From contig JAUCBJ010006472.1 of assembly GCA_032718475.1 (NCBI GenBank), forward strand, positions 17,312-81,311: DNA of 64,000 bases, given 5' to 3'. Made by a program: the position numbers and the translations under genes. The stretch comes from Nemertoderma westbladi. Taxonomy: Eukaryota > Animalia > Xenacoelomorpha. The notes beneath the pieces were generated by a model that saw only the letters and a program-made list of their open reading frames with translations, was not told where the DNA came from and made no database searches. This document shows, piece by piece, positions 25,670 to 37,742 of the stretch; the stretch's first letter is position 1; every line of letters starts with the position of its first letter.

Positions 25670-25925
25670 TCCAACAGCACTACAGGCACGGCACTGACTG
25701 ATGGAGAAAGTAAACACGAGGTTTTACCTGATCTATTTTTATGGCAACCAAAACTAGGAAACCGTAGTGGTGGACAACCTGCTATGACATATAGACCAAC
25801 TTCAAATGAATACTTGACACTGGACTTAGGAGAAACGAGATTGCGAGAAATATGGAGATTCGGGAAGCCTGGAAGAATCTAATTTCCACCCTCCGAGTTC
25901 GTTCCACCTTGTACTGTAGTAGTAG
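25670..25925 (+). mobile_element. Degraded 3' end of RTE-like LINE family B
   Basis: Matches 58030-58258 (PDLFLWQP...; ctccgagttcgttccacc plus gtagtagtag tail). Confidence 0.75.
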
Positions 25926-25994
25926 ATACTATTTTAGTTAATGCCATTGATGATAATTATATATGAGAAACTTATTTACTGTTGACAAAAACTA

Positions 25995-26190
25995 AACTTG
26001 GAGGAAACCTTCAGGCTCCCCTCTCTCAGCTGTCACCTATAAGGCAGTGAGGGCGCCACATTAACTCCCAATGTTGAATACTCCGTAACTATCCAACCCT
26101 TTCTTTATTCCCCTAGCCGAAGCCAGCTTCCAATTGTGTTGAGTGAGCACTGATGTCTAAAGTGTCTATCATAGGGACACAACAATGCGA
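25995..26190 (-). mobile_element. SINE-like remnant
   Basis: Reverse complement reads gttgtgtccctatgatagacactttagac...ttgggagttaatgtggcgcc, sharing ttgggagttaatg with the tRNA-headed repeat at 11340-11470. Confidence 0.4.
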
Positions 26191-26648
26191 CATTTCTACA
26201 GTTTCTTTATGAAATACCTACTTATTTAAGGTGTTACTTGATGTTTACAAATTATTTTTTACAGAATACAATTTGGCAGTAGGCCTACATAAACATTTGT
26301 AAACTTAAAAAACGTTTACTTAGAACTATATACATTAGTGGCGCAAATTGACCACAAGTAAAAAAATGATTTCCAGCAAAAATTGACCTCTAGTAAAATA
26401 AAGTTTCGTTTATTGTTTTGATTAGAAAACACCGACACAGTAACCTGCTCCTTTCCCTTAATATTTTTAATTAAATTAGATAAAGTTTCTAAACGTTCTA
26501 AACACATATTTTAATGTACTACATGTGGTCATTTTTTTGAGCGTAGATTTCTTAGAACCAAAACCTAGCATCTACTGCAGGCCTACGCAGAACAAACTAC
26601 TGTATTATATAAATAAACAGGTAAATAAACGATAATAATTATCCCAAT

Positions 26649-26903
26649 ATGGTATCTCAACATATTATTGTACTATTTCTTCTGGTTTGTGTGGCCAGCT
26701 CAGTGTATTCCGCATCTCAGGCTGAACTAGAGGCGGAGCGCGATGCGTGCAACCAAGGGGGACTCTGCGGTGAACACGCCGTAAAGTGCGAGATATGTCC
26801 CGCTGGATGGCAAGGGAGTGCGACATGTAACACAATCTACTGTGTGTGTGAGGATGGGTACCACGATACCATCAAAGAGACTGGCACCCATCGCTGCGGT
26901 CAG
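26649..26903 (+). CDS. Small secreted cysteine-rich EGF-like peptide (main exon; may read through to the stop at 26912 or splice to 27719-27736)
   Basis: Hydrophobic signal MVSQHIIVLFLLVCVASSVYS; 8 Cys with EGF signature YCVCEDGY; TATATAAA at ~26606; donor CAG|GTAGGT at 26904; candidate acceptor ttattaccag|GATGTCTCACCAAAGTAA. Confidence 0.7.
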
Positions 26904-29470
26904 GTAGGTTGAAGCACCACTGTAGGCCCTACAGTATGTTAACTGTAATTTCCCCTCTTTTCTTGCAATTTTGTAAGTCGAAAAATATATTCTGTGACAA
27001 AGATGACAAAGATTTTCAAAAAGGCCTACTGTGCCGGTCGGCATTACCCAGTATCTCAAATTTTGCACAAAATCAAGTGTTTTATGTCAATCTTACTCAC
27101 GACAAGAGTAAATAGGATTTTGAAATTTCAAAAACCGTGTATTACCATTTTTTGTTTCATTCCATAACCCAGTTATCTGATCTAGTTACTGTATATAGAA
27201 AATATATATAAAAATTACGTACAGTAGGCGTTATACTGTACATAATAAACCCAGTATCTCACTGTTGTGTTTCACTGAAACATTTGCTGTCTATAAGCCT
27301 AAACTCATTTTATAGATGTCTGCAGTTTCGGAATTCCCTTTTTTTACTCATTTCAGGGGAAGTAGGCCTAATTAAATTCTGGTAAATAAATTCTGATTTT
27401 TGATTGGTTGGCTAAATTAACCAATGGCTTCCCTTGGTTCTGACAAATTGTTGTTTGATTCCATTGCTTTGATCATCAATCGCAGAACTTCCTAAGTCTT
27501 TTGCGTTTTTCTCAAAATGAAAATTGATGGAGATACTGGGTTTTTCAATGATGGGCCGCGGTGTCAGTACTGCTGAGCTGACAGTACAACTGGCACAGCC
27601 ATCCTAAAAACATCAGCGGCCAAATCGTATATAATTACATCTAAAGTATACTGAATGCAGTTCAATATACTGTATTATCTTTTGTTATCTTTACCCTTTA
27701 TTTTATATTTATTACCAGGATGTCTCACCAAAGTAACCGTGTAATACTCTACACTACACCGTGTAATACTTCTCTACATTATAAAGCCGGGAATTGGTAT
27801 CAGTCTGTGATGAAATGTGCTTTCCTTCCATCCACAAAATATATATTAACTAATATGTTTTAATTAATAACAGTACCGTGTGGTGTATGTACATTACACG
27901 TACAGTATATTATGGTGTTGAGGTAGATATTATAATGGTATGTGGCTGCAAGGTGGTACATACTTACAGTTTGTATTGCTTTATTTATATGTTACGAAAT
28001 GTTAATGCTTAACTTTATTAAAACTATGACATAAAATATGATATGGTTTTAGCCAACGGCTTTTTGAGTGGTGTAATAATGCAGAGATGCCGAATGTTTT
28101 ATCATATGCTTATGATCAGTATTTTCAGACTGAGTTAAATTTACAACCTTATCACGTCAGTCATACAAATAAAATAAATGTTCGGATACCCCAACACGTT
28201 TGAAAAATTACCTTTCTCGAATTATTATCAAAATTTTTCAAAGATTTTACAAATAGTAAACTCATACCGTCAGCGTGTGAGAAAAAATGTGGGAAGCACA
28301 GCACCTACTAAAAGTTTAGTTATGGGGGTTTTCCTGGGGTGGTGATTCAATTATCAATGTCAGATTTAACGCAGTACTGGGTGTATGTATGTCTTTCTGT
28401 AAGTTTGTCTGTCTGTCTACGGGCGTCTGACAATATATATGGCCGCAGACTACATAACCCAAATTTTCGTATGATGATTTTTTTCTGTGATTTAATTTTC
28501 GATTTCAGTTTTCTTGTTTGAAGGAAGGTAGATCTTCTGCCTGTCTGACTGTCCGTATAGTATGTAAATTCAATTTAGCCCCAATATCTACAAACTGAAT
28601 ATAGTTCTTTATACAGAACAGGTGAAAACACTAGGATCAAGGCGTGCTATATAGATTACGCCTTGAGTTGACAAGGATACAGTAGAATACAACATGGATA
28701 GGCGTACACCTCAGTGATTAAAACCAGCAATATTCATTAAACTGTAAGAAGTTAATTAAATTCGAAATTAAAATTTTTAAATTAAATTTTATTGGACAAA
28801 ATTTCACGCCCTCTAAAATAAATTATCTAAAATTAATAACTTTTAATTATGCTGTATCCGGTTGAGAAACACCCACCAAGTGGGCTGTTTAAACGTCTTA
28901 CGGATGGTTAATGTTAACAACTTGGAATTCAATAAGTCATTTTGGGATGAGATTAATGGGAATATAATGTGTCTCCATGACATTAATCGGTGGTCAGTCT
29001 GACCGGTCAGTCAGTCGGTCGGTTTTTAGTATTTCTGGTGAGTCCGTTTATTTTCTACATTGATTACATTTTTTTTGGGGTGGGGGGGGGGGGGGGGTGT
29101 GGGGTGCGGGGGCGTTGCTATTAAAATAAAATAAAGAGTTTGAACAGTGCATAATAACATGTTTAGGGTTTGAAACAATAAAAATTGGTGACAATTTGGA
29201 CATCGATTTGGCTTACTTGTAGTGACTCTCACCTCGGTAGTTAATTTACATGAGATTATTTGCCCTGCATTGGGACACTAGTCGCAAATTACAGTTTCCC
29301 AAAAATTATTGATTGTGGAATCTCCAATCATAAAACCCAAAATCATAACGATGAAAAAATATAAGACCAAGGTAAACATCATGGGGAACTTATATTAAAC
29401 AGCTGAACTACAATAACGAAAACTGAAACCATATTTACAGTAAATTAGCATCGAATTACTAAATAAAGTC

Positions 29471-29476
29471 TTTATT
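29471..29476 (-). promoter_or_regulatory. Candidate polyadenylation signal of the ZNF236-like gene
   Basis: AATAAA on the minus strand ~155 nt past the stop codon; the AT-rich context makes this weak. Confidence 0.35.
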
Positions 29477-29629
29477 GTATTATCTAATAGGTAGGCCAAC
29501 GGGTATGGATTGGATATGGAATGCATAATAGTTTTTCTAAAAAAACTAAATTCAACTACTGAAATACAAACAGTCTAGTAATTAGAGAAGATCAACTGCA
29601 ATTGATTAATAAATAATTAATTAATATCT

Positions 29630-31816
29630 CTATGGACTGTCAATTAATTCATCTAAATCCACCGTGTCTGATTCGATAATAATACCATTTCGCAAACGGG
29701 ATGACCGATATACGTCGGAGCAGTTAGTCGGCAATGGGGCCTCGACAACAGCAGTCCGACGGTCTGGGGAAGTCCGACCATCTCGAGCCGTCCGACTTCC
29801 ACACTCTGCGGCGCCGACGGCCGTCCGACCGTTACTATCCGATATATCGAGCAGGCTAACCGAACTGCGACCTTCCGCCGAGCCGCTGCACGCGGTGAAG
29901 GCATCGCTGCCCGGGATACCCAGTTGGTTAATCAACATGTTGAGGTTGTCCTGAAGGCTCTGCGAGTCTAGAGTACGCATGGGGGTGGTGACGGGCTCGG
30001 GTCTGCTCACAAGAACGTATTCAACCCCTCCGCTACCGTCCATAAGCATCGCCATATCCTCGTTCACACGCACGGCTTGTTGTCCGCAAACATTTACTGC
30101 ATCCATATTCGCTAGGTGACCACTCCTCGCTAGATCACCTTGGGACGTCGTTACTCTGTTACTACTCGCGTATGATTGGACGGCTGTAAGACTCAAAGAC
30201 GGTTGACTGACCCGAACATCCTTATCCACCGATTGGTTACCCGCTTTACCAGCGAGGTTCTTACCTTTTTGCCTAACTCCCGAATCGTTTACCCTTTCTG
30301 ACGAATGAACCTCCTCCAAACGATCCAATTCCAACAAATGGTTGACGCCACGCCGTCTGTGTTTACTCTCGTGGCGATTGCGAACTATAACAGTGCGAAA
30401 CCTGTCGCCGCAAATGCGACACGCGAAATTGTCCGTAGAAGAGTGCTGATGCATGTGCACCTTGAGGGAACTCATGTTGGCCAGACTTTTGTTGCATATT
30501 TGACACTCGACCAGCTTGAGTTTCTGGGACGCGTGCGTGCGGAGATGGGTAGTGAGCGTCGACTTGACGCGAAACATCCGCCCGCAGCGCTCGCACCTGT
30601 ACGGCTTGGATCCCGTGTGCACGAGGAGATGACGCTGCAAGTCGGACGGTTTATCGAAGGATTTCCCACAAACCGTGCAAGTGTGTTTCTTTTTATGCGA
30701 GAAATGGAAGTGATGACTATAAATGACCTCCTGTTGGGCGGCCACGTTGTTTACGACCTGCGTTAGGGGGTCGCTGGCCGCGTATTGGCCGACAGTTGAA
30801 CCTATCGGCGCCGTTACGTCCACTACAATAGAACCCAACTGCGGCCGATCTTTACTACTGTTATGGGGTTTATTCACCCGCGTTTTAGGGCAGGAAACAT
30901 CTGTAGAGTTACGAGTCCTGAATTCTAACGACTTTGCACTTTTCCCTCGGTCGTACAAACATTTAAACGTATGTCTCTTATAAGAAGATTCCGAAATAAA
31001 CGACTTGAAGCAGATCTTACAGGAGTAGGAAGCGACTTGTTTCTCGCGTTTACGTACGTTCGGACTCCGGTGTTTCTGTGTGCGGATGTGTTCCAGCAGT
31101 AGGGCTCGCGTCTCGAACACGTTGCTGCACAGATGGCAGGCGTGCGGCCGATCTGCGGCGGCGGATTTACGGGACATCCGGCGGGTCTGGCGTTGCGCCG
31201 GTCGGCGGGTGTTGGGGCCGCCGGCTGAGGCGCGGGTTCGCTGCTGGGTGGGAGGCGGGGAGGGGGGAGGGGGTCGTTGGAGGGGGCTGGGCCCCCTGCC
31301 TGGAGGGGGCTCCGTGGGGGGCTCGATGTATAACTGCTCGGATTGCGGGGGGAACAAGCTGTCCGGGTATTGGATTGGGTTACTTTCGGGAAGTGGCGTT
31401 CGTTGCGGCGAATTAAACAACGCCACGGGGTTCACAACGCCGCCTATTTGGTGAGTCCAGTCGTTGAGGCAACTGAAACTCATATCGCCGGTCGCTAGGT
31501 TGCCGCGATCGAACGCCGGCTGCAGGTCGAGCGCTCGCACCAACGCAGACATGTGTGTGTCGCTTAGCAACGAGGTGTCCCAGTTGTGTAGGTTGAGTCC
31601 GTCCACGAGCGCGGAGGAATCCTGTTGCTCATCGAATCCCGTTCCGGAACAGTTGTAGTCCAACATCGAGGGACTCACGTGCAACTCCGGGAGGTCGGTG
31701 CCTGGAGTCCCCGCTAAGGGCGTCAGGGAGGCGAGGGTTGGTTGAGACTGCGGGAACATTGCGGGAGTTGCTTGCTGCACCATAGCTGGATTGTCTGGTT
31801 GGTTCCGGAACGCACC
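29630..31816 (-). CDS. ZNF236: ZNF236-like C2H2 zinc-finger protein, exon 2
   Basis: Acceptor tttttaacAG at 31817; phase 0 continues in frame into the 717-aa ORF; C2H2 cluster CTVCGKSFDKPSDLQRHLLVHTGSKPYRC... Confidence 0.85.
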   Translation of the reverse strand, partial: GAFRNQPDNPAMVQQATPAMFPQSQPTLASLTPLAGTPGTDLPELHVSPSMLDYNCSGTGFDEQQDSSALVDGLNLHNWDTSLLSDTHMSALVRALDLQPAFDRGNLATGDMSFSCLNDWTHQIGGVVNPVALFNSPQRTPLPESNPIQYPDSLFPPQSEQLYIEPPTEPPPGRGPSPLQRPPPPSPPPTQQRTRASAGGPNTRRPAQRQTRRMSRKSAAADRPHACHLCSNVFETRALLLEHIRTQKHRSPNVRKREKQVASYSCKICFKSFISESSYKRHTFKCLYDRGKSAKSLEFRTRNSTDVSCPKTRVNKPHNSSKDRPQLGSIVVDVTAPIGSTVGQYAASDPLTQVVNNVAAQQEVIYSHHFHFSHKKKHTCTVCGKSFDKPSDLQRHLLVHTGSKPYRCERCGRMFRVKSTLTTHLRTHASQKLKLVECQICNKSLANMSSLKVHMHQHSSTDNFACRICGDRFRTVIVRNRHESKHRRRGVNHLLELDRLEEVHSSERVNDSGVRQKGKNLAGKAGNQSVDKDVRVSQPSLSLTAVQSYASSNRVTTSQGDLARSGHLANMDAVNVCGQQAVRVNEDMAMLMDGSGGVEYVLVSRPEPVTTPMRTLDSQSLQDNLNMLINQLGIPGSDAFTACSGSAEGRSSVSLLDISDSNGRTAVGAAECGSRTARDGRTSPDRRTAVVEAPLPTNCSDVYRSSRLRNGIIIESDTVDLDELIDSP

Positions 31817-32721
31817 CTGTTAAAAATAAAAAAATAAAAACAAATGTTTCAATCAATATTATTAATCAATAGGCCTCAAGAAAAAGTGAATTGTATCTGA
31901 TTAAAAGTGCGGTAAATTAGCAGCTGTCTAGTGAAAGTTAGTGGAACCAGTTATTAATACAGGTAGCCTTGGCCGCTTGGGTGAAACGGCTACTGTCCTA
32001 TGATACAGTTCTAAAGTAATATTTAAAGAATCTAAAAAAACAACGGTAAAATTCTTGTAACTCTGGATTTGAACAGAGGGACAGGAACATTTCGTTTACG
32101 ACAGGAACACATGTTGTTTTCATTTGTTTTCGGGCTTTTTATTTTATAGGTTCTATTTCTAATTATCAGTATCAGCGGATGTTGACTGTTGTTATCAAAT
32201 CAGTTTAATTAAAATAATAAGTTAAAAATAATTTCATTCCAACGCAAATTAATTAATAATAGCGCACAAATATTTACGGATATTATATAAAATATATTTA
32301 ATGAAAACTATTTTTCCACCTTTGCCCGTATCGGCCTACTTTACATGAAAACTAAAAGACTTCATCATCTTGTTGACACTAAGTTATTTGTTATTTAGTT
32401 AGACCAGCTATTTAGAATTGTATTCTGCTTTATTCGTAACATATTTAAAACTTTTTATTGATGTTAGTCTTAGTATTATTCACAGCTCTATAGTTTTTTA
32501 TGTAATTACTAGACTACTTCGTCTACTATACAGTTGTACTACTTGATGGTTAGGCCCTAAATATTTTTTTCAATCGGCTTTCAGATATTTATAACGTATC
32601 TTTATATTTATAACTCTCTAACTTATTATAAAGGAAAAAATGTATAAATTTAGTTCACTATTCTCGAGGTATAATATATTGAATTTACCGATAGCCATCA
32701 TAATAGTGAAATAACTATATA

Positions 32722-33628
32722 CAACATGTCCCAGAATATAGTGTCGTAATTCAGTGACACGCCCCCCCCCCCCCCCCCAAATTTTTCTACAAATCTTAAT
32801 GAGATTGTATGAAATTTGAAACAGAGATAGTTTCACCTACCTCCTCCTTGCTGGGTGAGCCAGAATTTTAATTTTTGCTTTCATTCTTTAGCTACAAGTG
32901 TTTGAAAAAGGTGTCTCCGGTGATATTGCACCAGTTACACCGCAGTTATTCTTTAAACATTTAGTGATTTGTTGGTACTAGTGGAAAGCTGACCGTGCAA
33001 AGATTCCAAATATGTAAAAATATTTGAATTTGGTTGGGAAATAGCTGAGATATGGGCATTCGAATGTTGCATGTATTAGCTTCCACTGCAGGCCATTTAT
33101 TCTATTAAATAAATACACAATGTTCTAGAACATTTTGATTATGTGGGAATATCTATAAACTAGTATTATCATGTAGGCATTGCATTGTTGCCAAGCTACT
33201 TATGAGATAAACAAAATGTTCTAGAACATTGTGTATTTATTAATTGAAGAAATGGCCTGCAGCGGAAGCAAATACATGCAAATTTCGAATGCCAATAACT
33301 CAGCTATTTCCCAACCAAATTCAAATATTTTTACATATTTGGAATCCTTGCACGGTCAGCTTTCCACTAGTACCAACAAATCACTAAATGTTTGAAGAAT
33401 AACTGCGGTGAAACTTGTGCACGACGGAGACACTTTTTTTAAACGCTTGTAGCTAAAGAATGAAAGCGAAAATAAAAATTCTGGCTCACCCAGTCAGTGG
33501 TCGGGAGGTGAAACTATCTCTGATTCAAATTTCATGCAATCTCATTAAGATTTGTAGAAAAATTTGGGGGGGGGGGGGGGGGGGGGGGCGTGTACCTGAA
33601 TAACGACACTATATTCCAGGACATGGTG
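32722..33628. mobile_element. Intronic foldback MITE, TA-flanked (Tc1/mariner-pogo type), ~430-bp arms
   Basis: TA|CAACATGTCCCAGAATATAGTGTCGT ... ACGACACTATATTCCAGGACATGGTG|TA; arms reverse-complementary almost to the centre; poly-C and poly-G mirror each other. Confidence 0.88.
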
Positions 33629-34454
33629 TATTTAAGTGGTGGCAATAAAGTAGGCTTTTTTCGTCGAGCGATTTTATTTGGCGAGCGTAGCGAGACAAAT
33701 AAGAAAGCAAAACAAAAAATGTTACTTTTTACCACCACTTACGTCGTATTATTTCTGGTAAGTCTTCTCTCACTTTTATCTGGGCCTATTTCAGCATAAA
33801 TATCGTCCTTCGAAGCTTCTTTCATGGTGAAATACGGGCATTACTATACCCAGGGTACCCATAGTTTGACCAATTTTTTTCATATAAAAAGGCTTTTTTC
33901 ATTAGATTTTTTTCTAGAACAAATATTGACCTTCTGACAGTAGGATGGTATTTTTTTCCAAAAAATGTTTTAGAATAAAAAATGTGTTCTAGAACATAAA
34001 TATTTATCAAAATTGATAATTAACACTTCTTCAATAACATTTATAAAAAAGTAGAAAAAAATAGCTAAAAGTAAAAATATAAAATGTGTTCTAGAACAAA
34101 AAAAAGTGTTCTAGAACAAAAATATTTATCAAAATTGATTGCTAACACGTGTTCTAACATTTATATAAAAACTTAAGCAAAAACTAGCTAGTAGCTAGTA
34201 TTAGAAATTATCTATTTAAATGCAATAATTAATGTCATTGAAACATTACTTTTTTTGTTAACAAAAAAAGTGTTATTTTTATGTCAAACTACAACGTCTT
34301 TGACAAAAAAGTGACTTACAGTTACAGCAAATAAAAAATGTTCTACGTTTCTTCCAATGCATTTAAAAACAGCAAATACCAGAAACCTTACAATAGGAAA
34401 AATTTGTGATCGATTAACAAAATTAGTATCCTTCCCTCCACGTATATAACTCAC

Positions 34455-37400
34455 CGCTGTTTGGCCCCACGAGACTGTGGATGAATTGTGTCGCGTCGTG
34501 AAGGATTGTGTAGCCTGGTAGGTTGGATTCTGTAGCTGGGGATCGGATCTCTGAGTCCCAAGATCGGTAAGGTGTTGAAACAACGCAGGGTTGATCTGGG
34601 AGTGTTCTGATCCCGCAATGAGCCCATCGGGGAGCTGCACCGGCATGTGGGACGCACCGTTGGCGTGATGCACCGACAAGGCGCGGCTTTGTGGTGGGTT
34701 GTCCGATCTCAGCGCGTTGAGGTGCGTCGCCATATGATTCATACACGAGTCCAAACAAGCGAACCTTCGGAAACAATACGGACACAGATAGGGTTTATTG
34801 TCGTCGTGAATAACGCGTGTATGCCGATCCAGACTGCCTTTAGTGGTAAAACTCACGGAACAAATGGAACACCGGAAGTTTTTTAGACCGGCGTGAGTAC
34901 CAATATGGGCTTTGAGTGAGTGGCTTCTGGTAAATCGCTTCTCGCAGTGGAGGCAGGTGTAAGGCCGGTTGCTATTATTGTGGAAGCGACTGTGTTGCTT
35001 CAAATGAATCAATTTACGGAACGATTTATTGCAGATGTGGCAAGGGTAGTCCAACCTAGGCGGCGGTTCAACCTGCTTCACTTGTCCGCTTTCCGCTATA
35101 AATAAGGGTGCCGACATCGGGTGTATGAGAGGCGGCTGCCCCTCCTGGGCTTCGGATCGCAACAGTTCCCTCGATGACAGGTAGTGGCGGCTGCGGAAGT
35201 GGGCGTCACGGTGGGCGACTGTGCGGAAGGTACGCTCGCACAATGTGCAGGAGTACGGACGGGAACCCGTATGTATGCGCATGTGGACCTTGAGAGAGGC
35301 TGAGGAAGCGAACCCTTTCTGGCAAACCGCGCAAACTTCGTCTTTAACACCGTAATGCATTTTAAAATGTACCTTCAAAGCGCTCTTACACGAGTATTGT
35401 TTGTTGCAGTAGTTGCAACGATACGGCTTTTCATTCGTGTGTGTACGAGTATGCCGCACTATATCGCATACCTTTTTAAAAGCTCTATGACAATATTGAC
35501 ATCGGTAACCATCCTTCGTTTTGCACAGTGATGGAAGATTGCTCCCGCAATCGTTGGGCTGATTGTCACTCATTTTACGCAGGACGTGATTCCTGAGAGA
35601 CATTCTCACACTAATAGTGTTTGCTCCTGAACCTTCAGACACAACCTTATCGGCATTACTTGTCGTGCGTACCATATGTGAGTTTGAAGTTATATCGTCA
35701 CATTGTTTGGGCCTATCTGTTTCCTTAGTTACAGTGTGTATATTTCCATAGTTACCCAGTAACTCGGATACCGCCTTGTGGAATTGATTCTGAAGACGTG
35801 TCGTGCTCCCAACCCAACTCTCTACTGGTTTGGGTTTATTAATTGGACGCCCACGGGATGAAACAGATGGCTGACAATGATCAACAGCTTCCAAGTCCGA
35901 CAACTTCTTTCGCAATATTTGACTTTTCATCGCATCGCGCAGAACTTCGTCGCATTCTGGATGCATTCTAGAGTAATGCAACTTAAGTGTTCTGGTTTTG
36001 TCGTAACTACACGAGCAATAGTTGCACTGAAAGCGTTGCGTAACATCGGATTCATTTGACGGCTGTAACTCTTGATGTGCATTCCTGAGGTGAACTTTAA
36101 GATTCCCCCTATGGGAGAATGTCGCACTGCAGTGAGGACAAGCAACTGGTCTCAGGGATTTCTCCGTGTGAACACTGGCCATGTGACGAGTCAGAGTTTC
36201 TTTTTGGTTGAAGGACTTATCGCATTTGTCGCAGGGAAAGGGTTTATCGCCAGTGTGAATCCGGTAATGTCTGCGTAGTTGAGCCGGTCTTGCGAAGGAT
36301 TTAAAGCACTGTTTACAGCTTTTATCATTGTTTCTGTAACGATAAATCTTGATCCGAACTTTATCTGAATCTGCCAGGGTTTCACCAGTTTCACATTCAG
36401 ACAAAGCAATAGATTTCGGTAAACCATTGACGTTGATTGCAGGTTGAGAATTTCTTCCCGAATTCGTTGTCGTATCTCCATTAGCGTCCGCTACAATACC
36501 GCTACATTCAGTAACATTAACAACACTCGCTCTCGAAGCAGATGGCGAATTACTGTCGCCAACATTAGGAGCTGACAAGGGTGTTTGCGTTTTGCTAAAC
36601 TTCAATATACTATGAGTGGGTATATTTATTGTGTACTGTTCGTCATGACAATCGTTAATATGTTTTAATATTTGGTTCATTGATTGAAATCCAACATCAC
36701 CACAAATGTTACATATCAATTCTTCATCTCGCATGTGCATTACAATATGAGATATTAATCCAGCCCTTCTTCGAAAAACACGCTTACACTGAGAGCAAAT
36801 TAGGGGTTGTGATGAATCTGAATGGATAATTTTGTGTAATTCCAAATTCTTCATAAAATTAAATTCCATGTCACAATCTTCACATTTATAAGGGCGAGCC
36901 AACAAATGTTCTTGAATATGTAAATCGAATTTCGAATATACCTTGAATATTGACGGACAATAATCGCATTTGAACGGAGGTTTTTTTGAAATAGTTCTGA
37001 TATTCGGTGGCGATTCGATTGGGGTTTTAGAAACATCTGAATCAAGTAAATCGGTGTTATCAATAACATTAGATTCACACAAATTAACATTAAAATGTTG
37101 AAATATCTCATTTGGAGGAGCGGCCATCGATAAATTACGGTTAGTAACATCCTGAAATGTGGCAACACTAGAAACCAAAGGCCATGAGTTAGTTCCTGTG
37201 AAGTATAAGGGTATACCCTGGCTTGCCACAATCGATGGAGCACCAACACTTAGCTGTGATTCAACGGTTACAGGTAATATTCTACCTGCTACATTATATA
37301 CGGATAATTCACCAGTAGTTGCGTCTCTGATTTGAATAAGATTAGTTGGGATTGACGTAGTGTAATTATTAGTATTACTGGTAGAATGTGTCGCCATAAT

Positions 37401-37742
37401 TTGGGGATTTTGGGAACAAACATTTTGGCTGTCTGATATGTTTCGAGACATCAATAAATTGGCATTTGAAAGTGTTCCATAACGCAGACCTAATTCATTC
37501 ACTACTTCCACATTAGAAACGCTAATTTCCTCAGTATTGACATATCTTTCAAGGGCATTTATATCAGGTAGATTATCCAAATCATTTGGATCTGCAGCTA
37601 TATCAAGTTGTTTATCACCGTATGTAGTTGGTATCGTAGTATTACGAGCTGTCCCGCCTGTGAGAATGTTAAAATCGTGAATCCAATCGCAGTCAGACGA
37701 AAGTTGACTAATGGAAGAGATTCTATGATCAGTTGCATCCAT
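34455..37742 (-). CDS. ZNF236: ZNF236-like C2H2 zinc-finger protein, exon 1
   Basis: Clustered C2H2 fingers with HTGDKP/HTNEKP linkers; RRAGLISHIVMHMRDEELICNICGD, PLFIAESG and KLIHLKQH recall ZNF236 (from memory); donor GCG|GTGAGT at 34454, exon = 1096 codons, phase 0. Confidence 0.85.

Noticed and set aside
29653-31658. Numerous overlapping ORFs in the zinc-finger and Gypsy regions
   Set aside because: Shadow frames of GC-rich coding sequence with no independent motifs.
34284-34454. C-terminal 56 aa of the 1152-aa ORF
   Set aside because: Lies past a consensus GTGAGT donor in AT-rich sequence; best read as intron.
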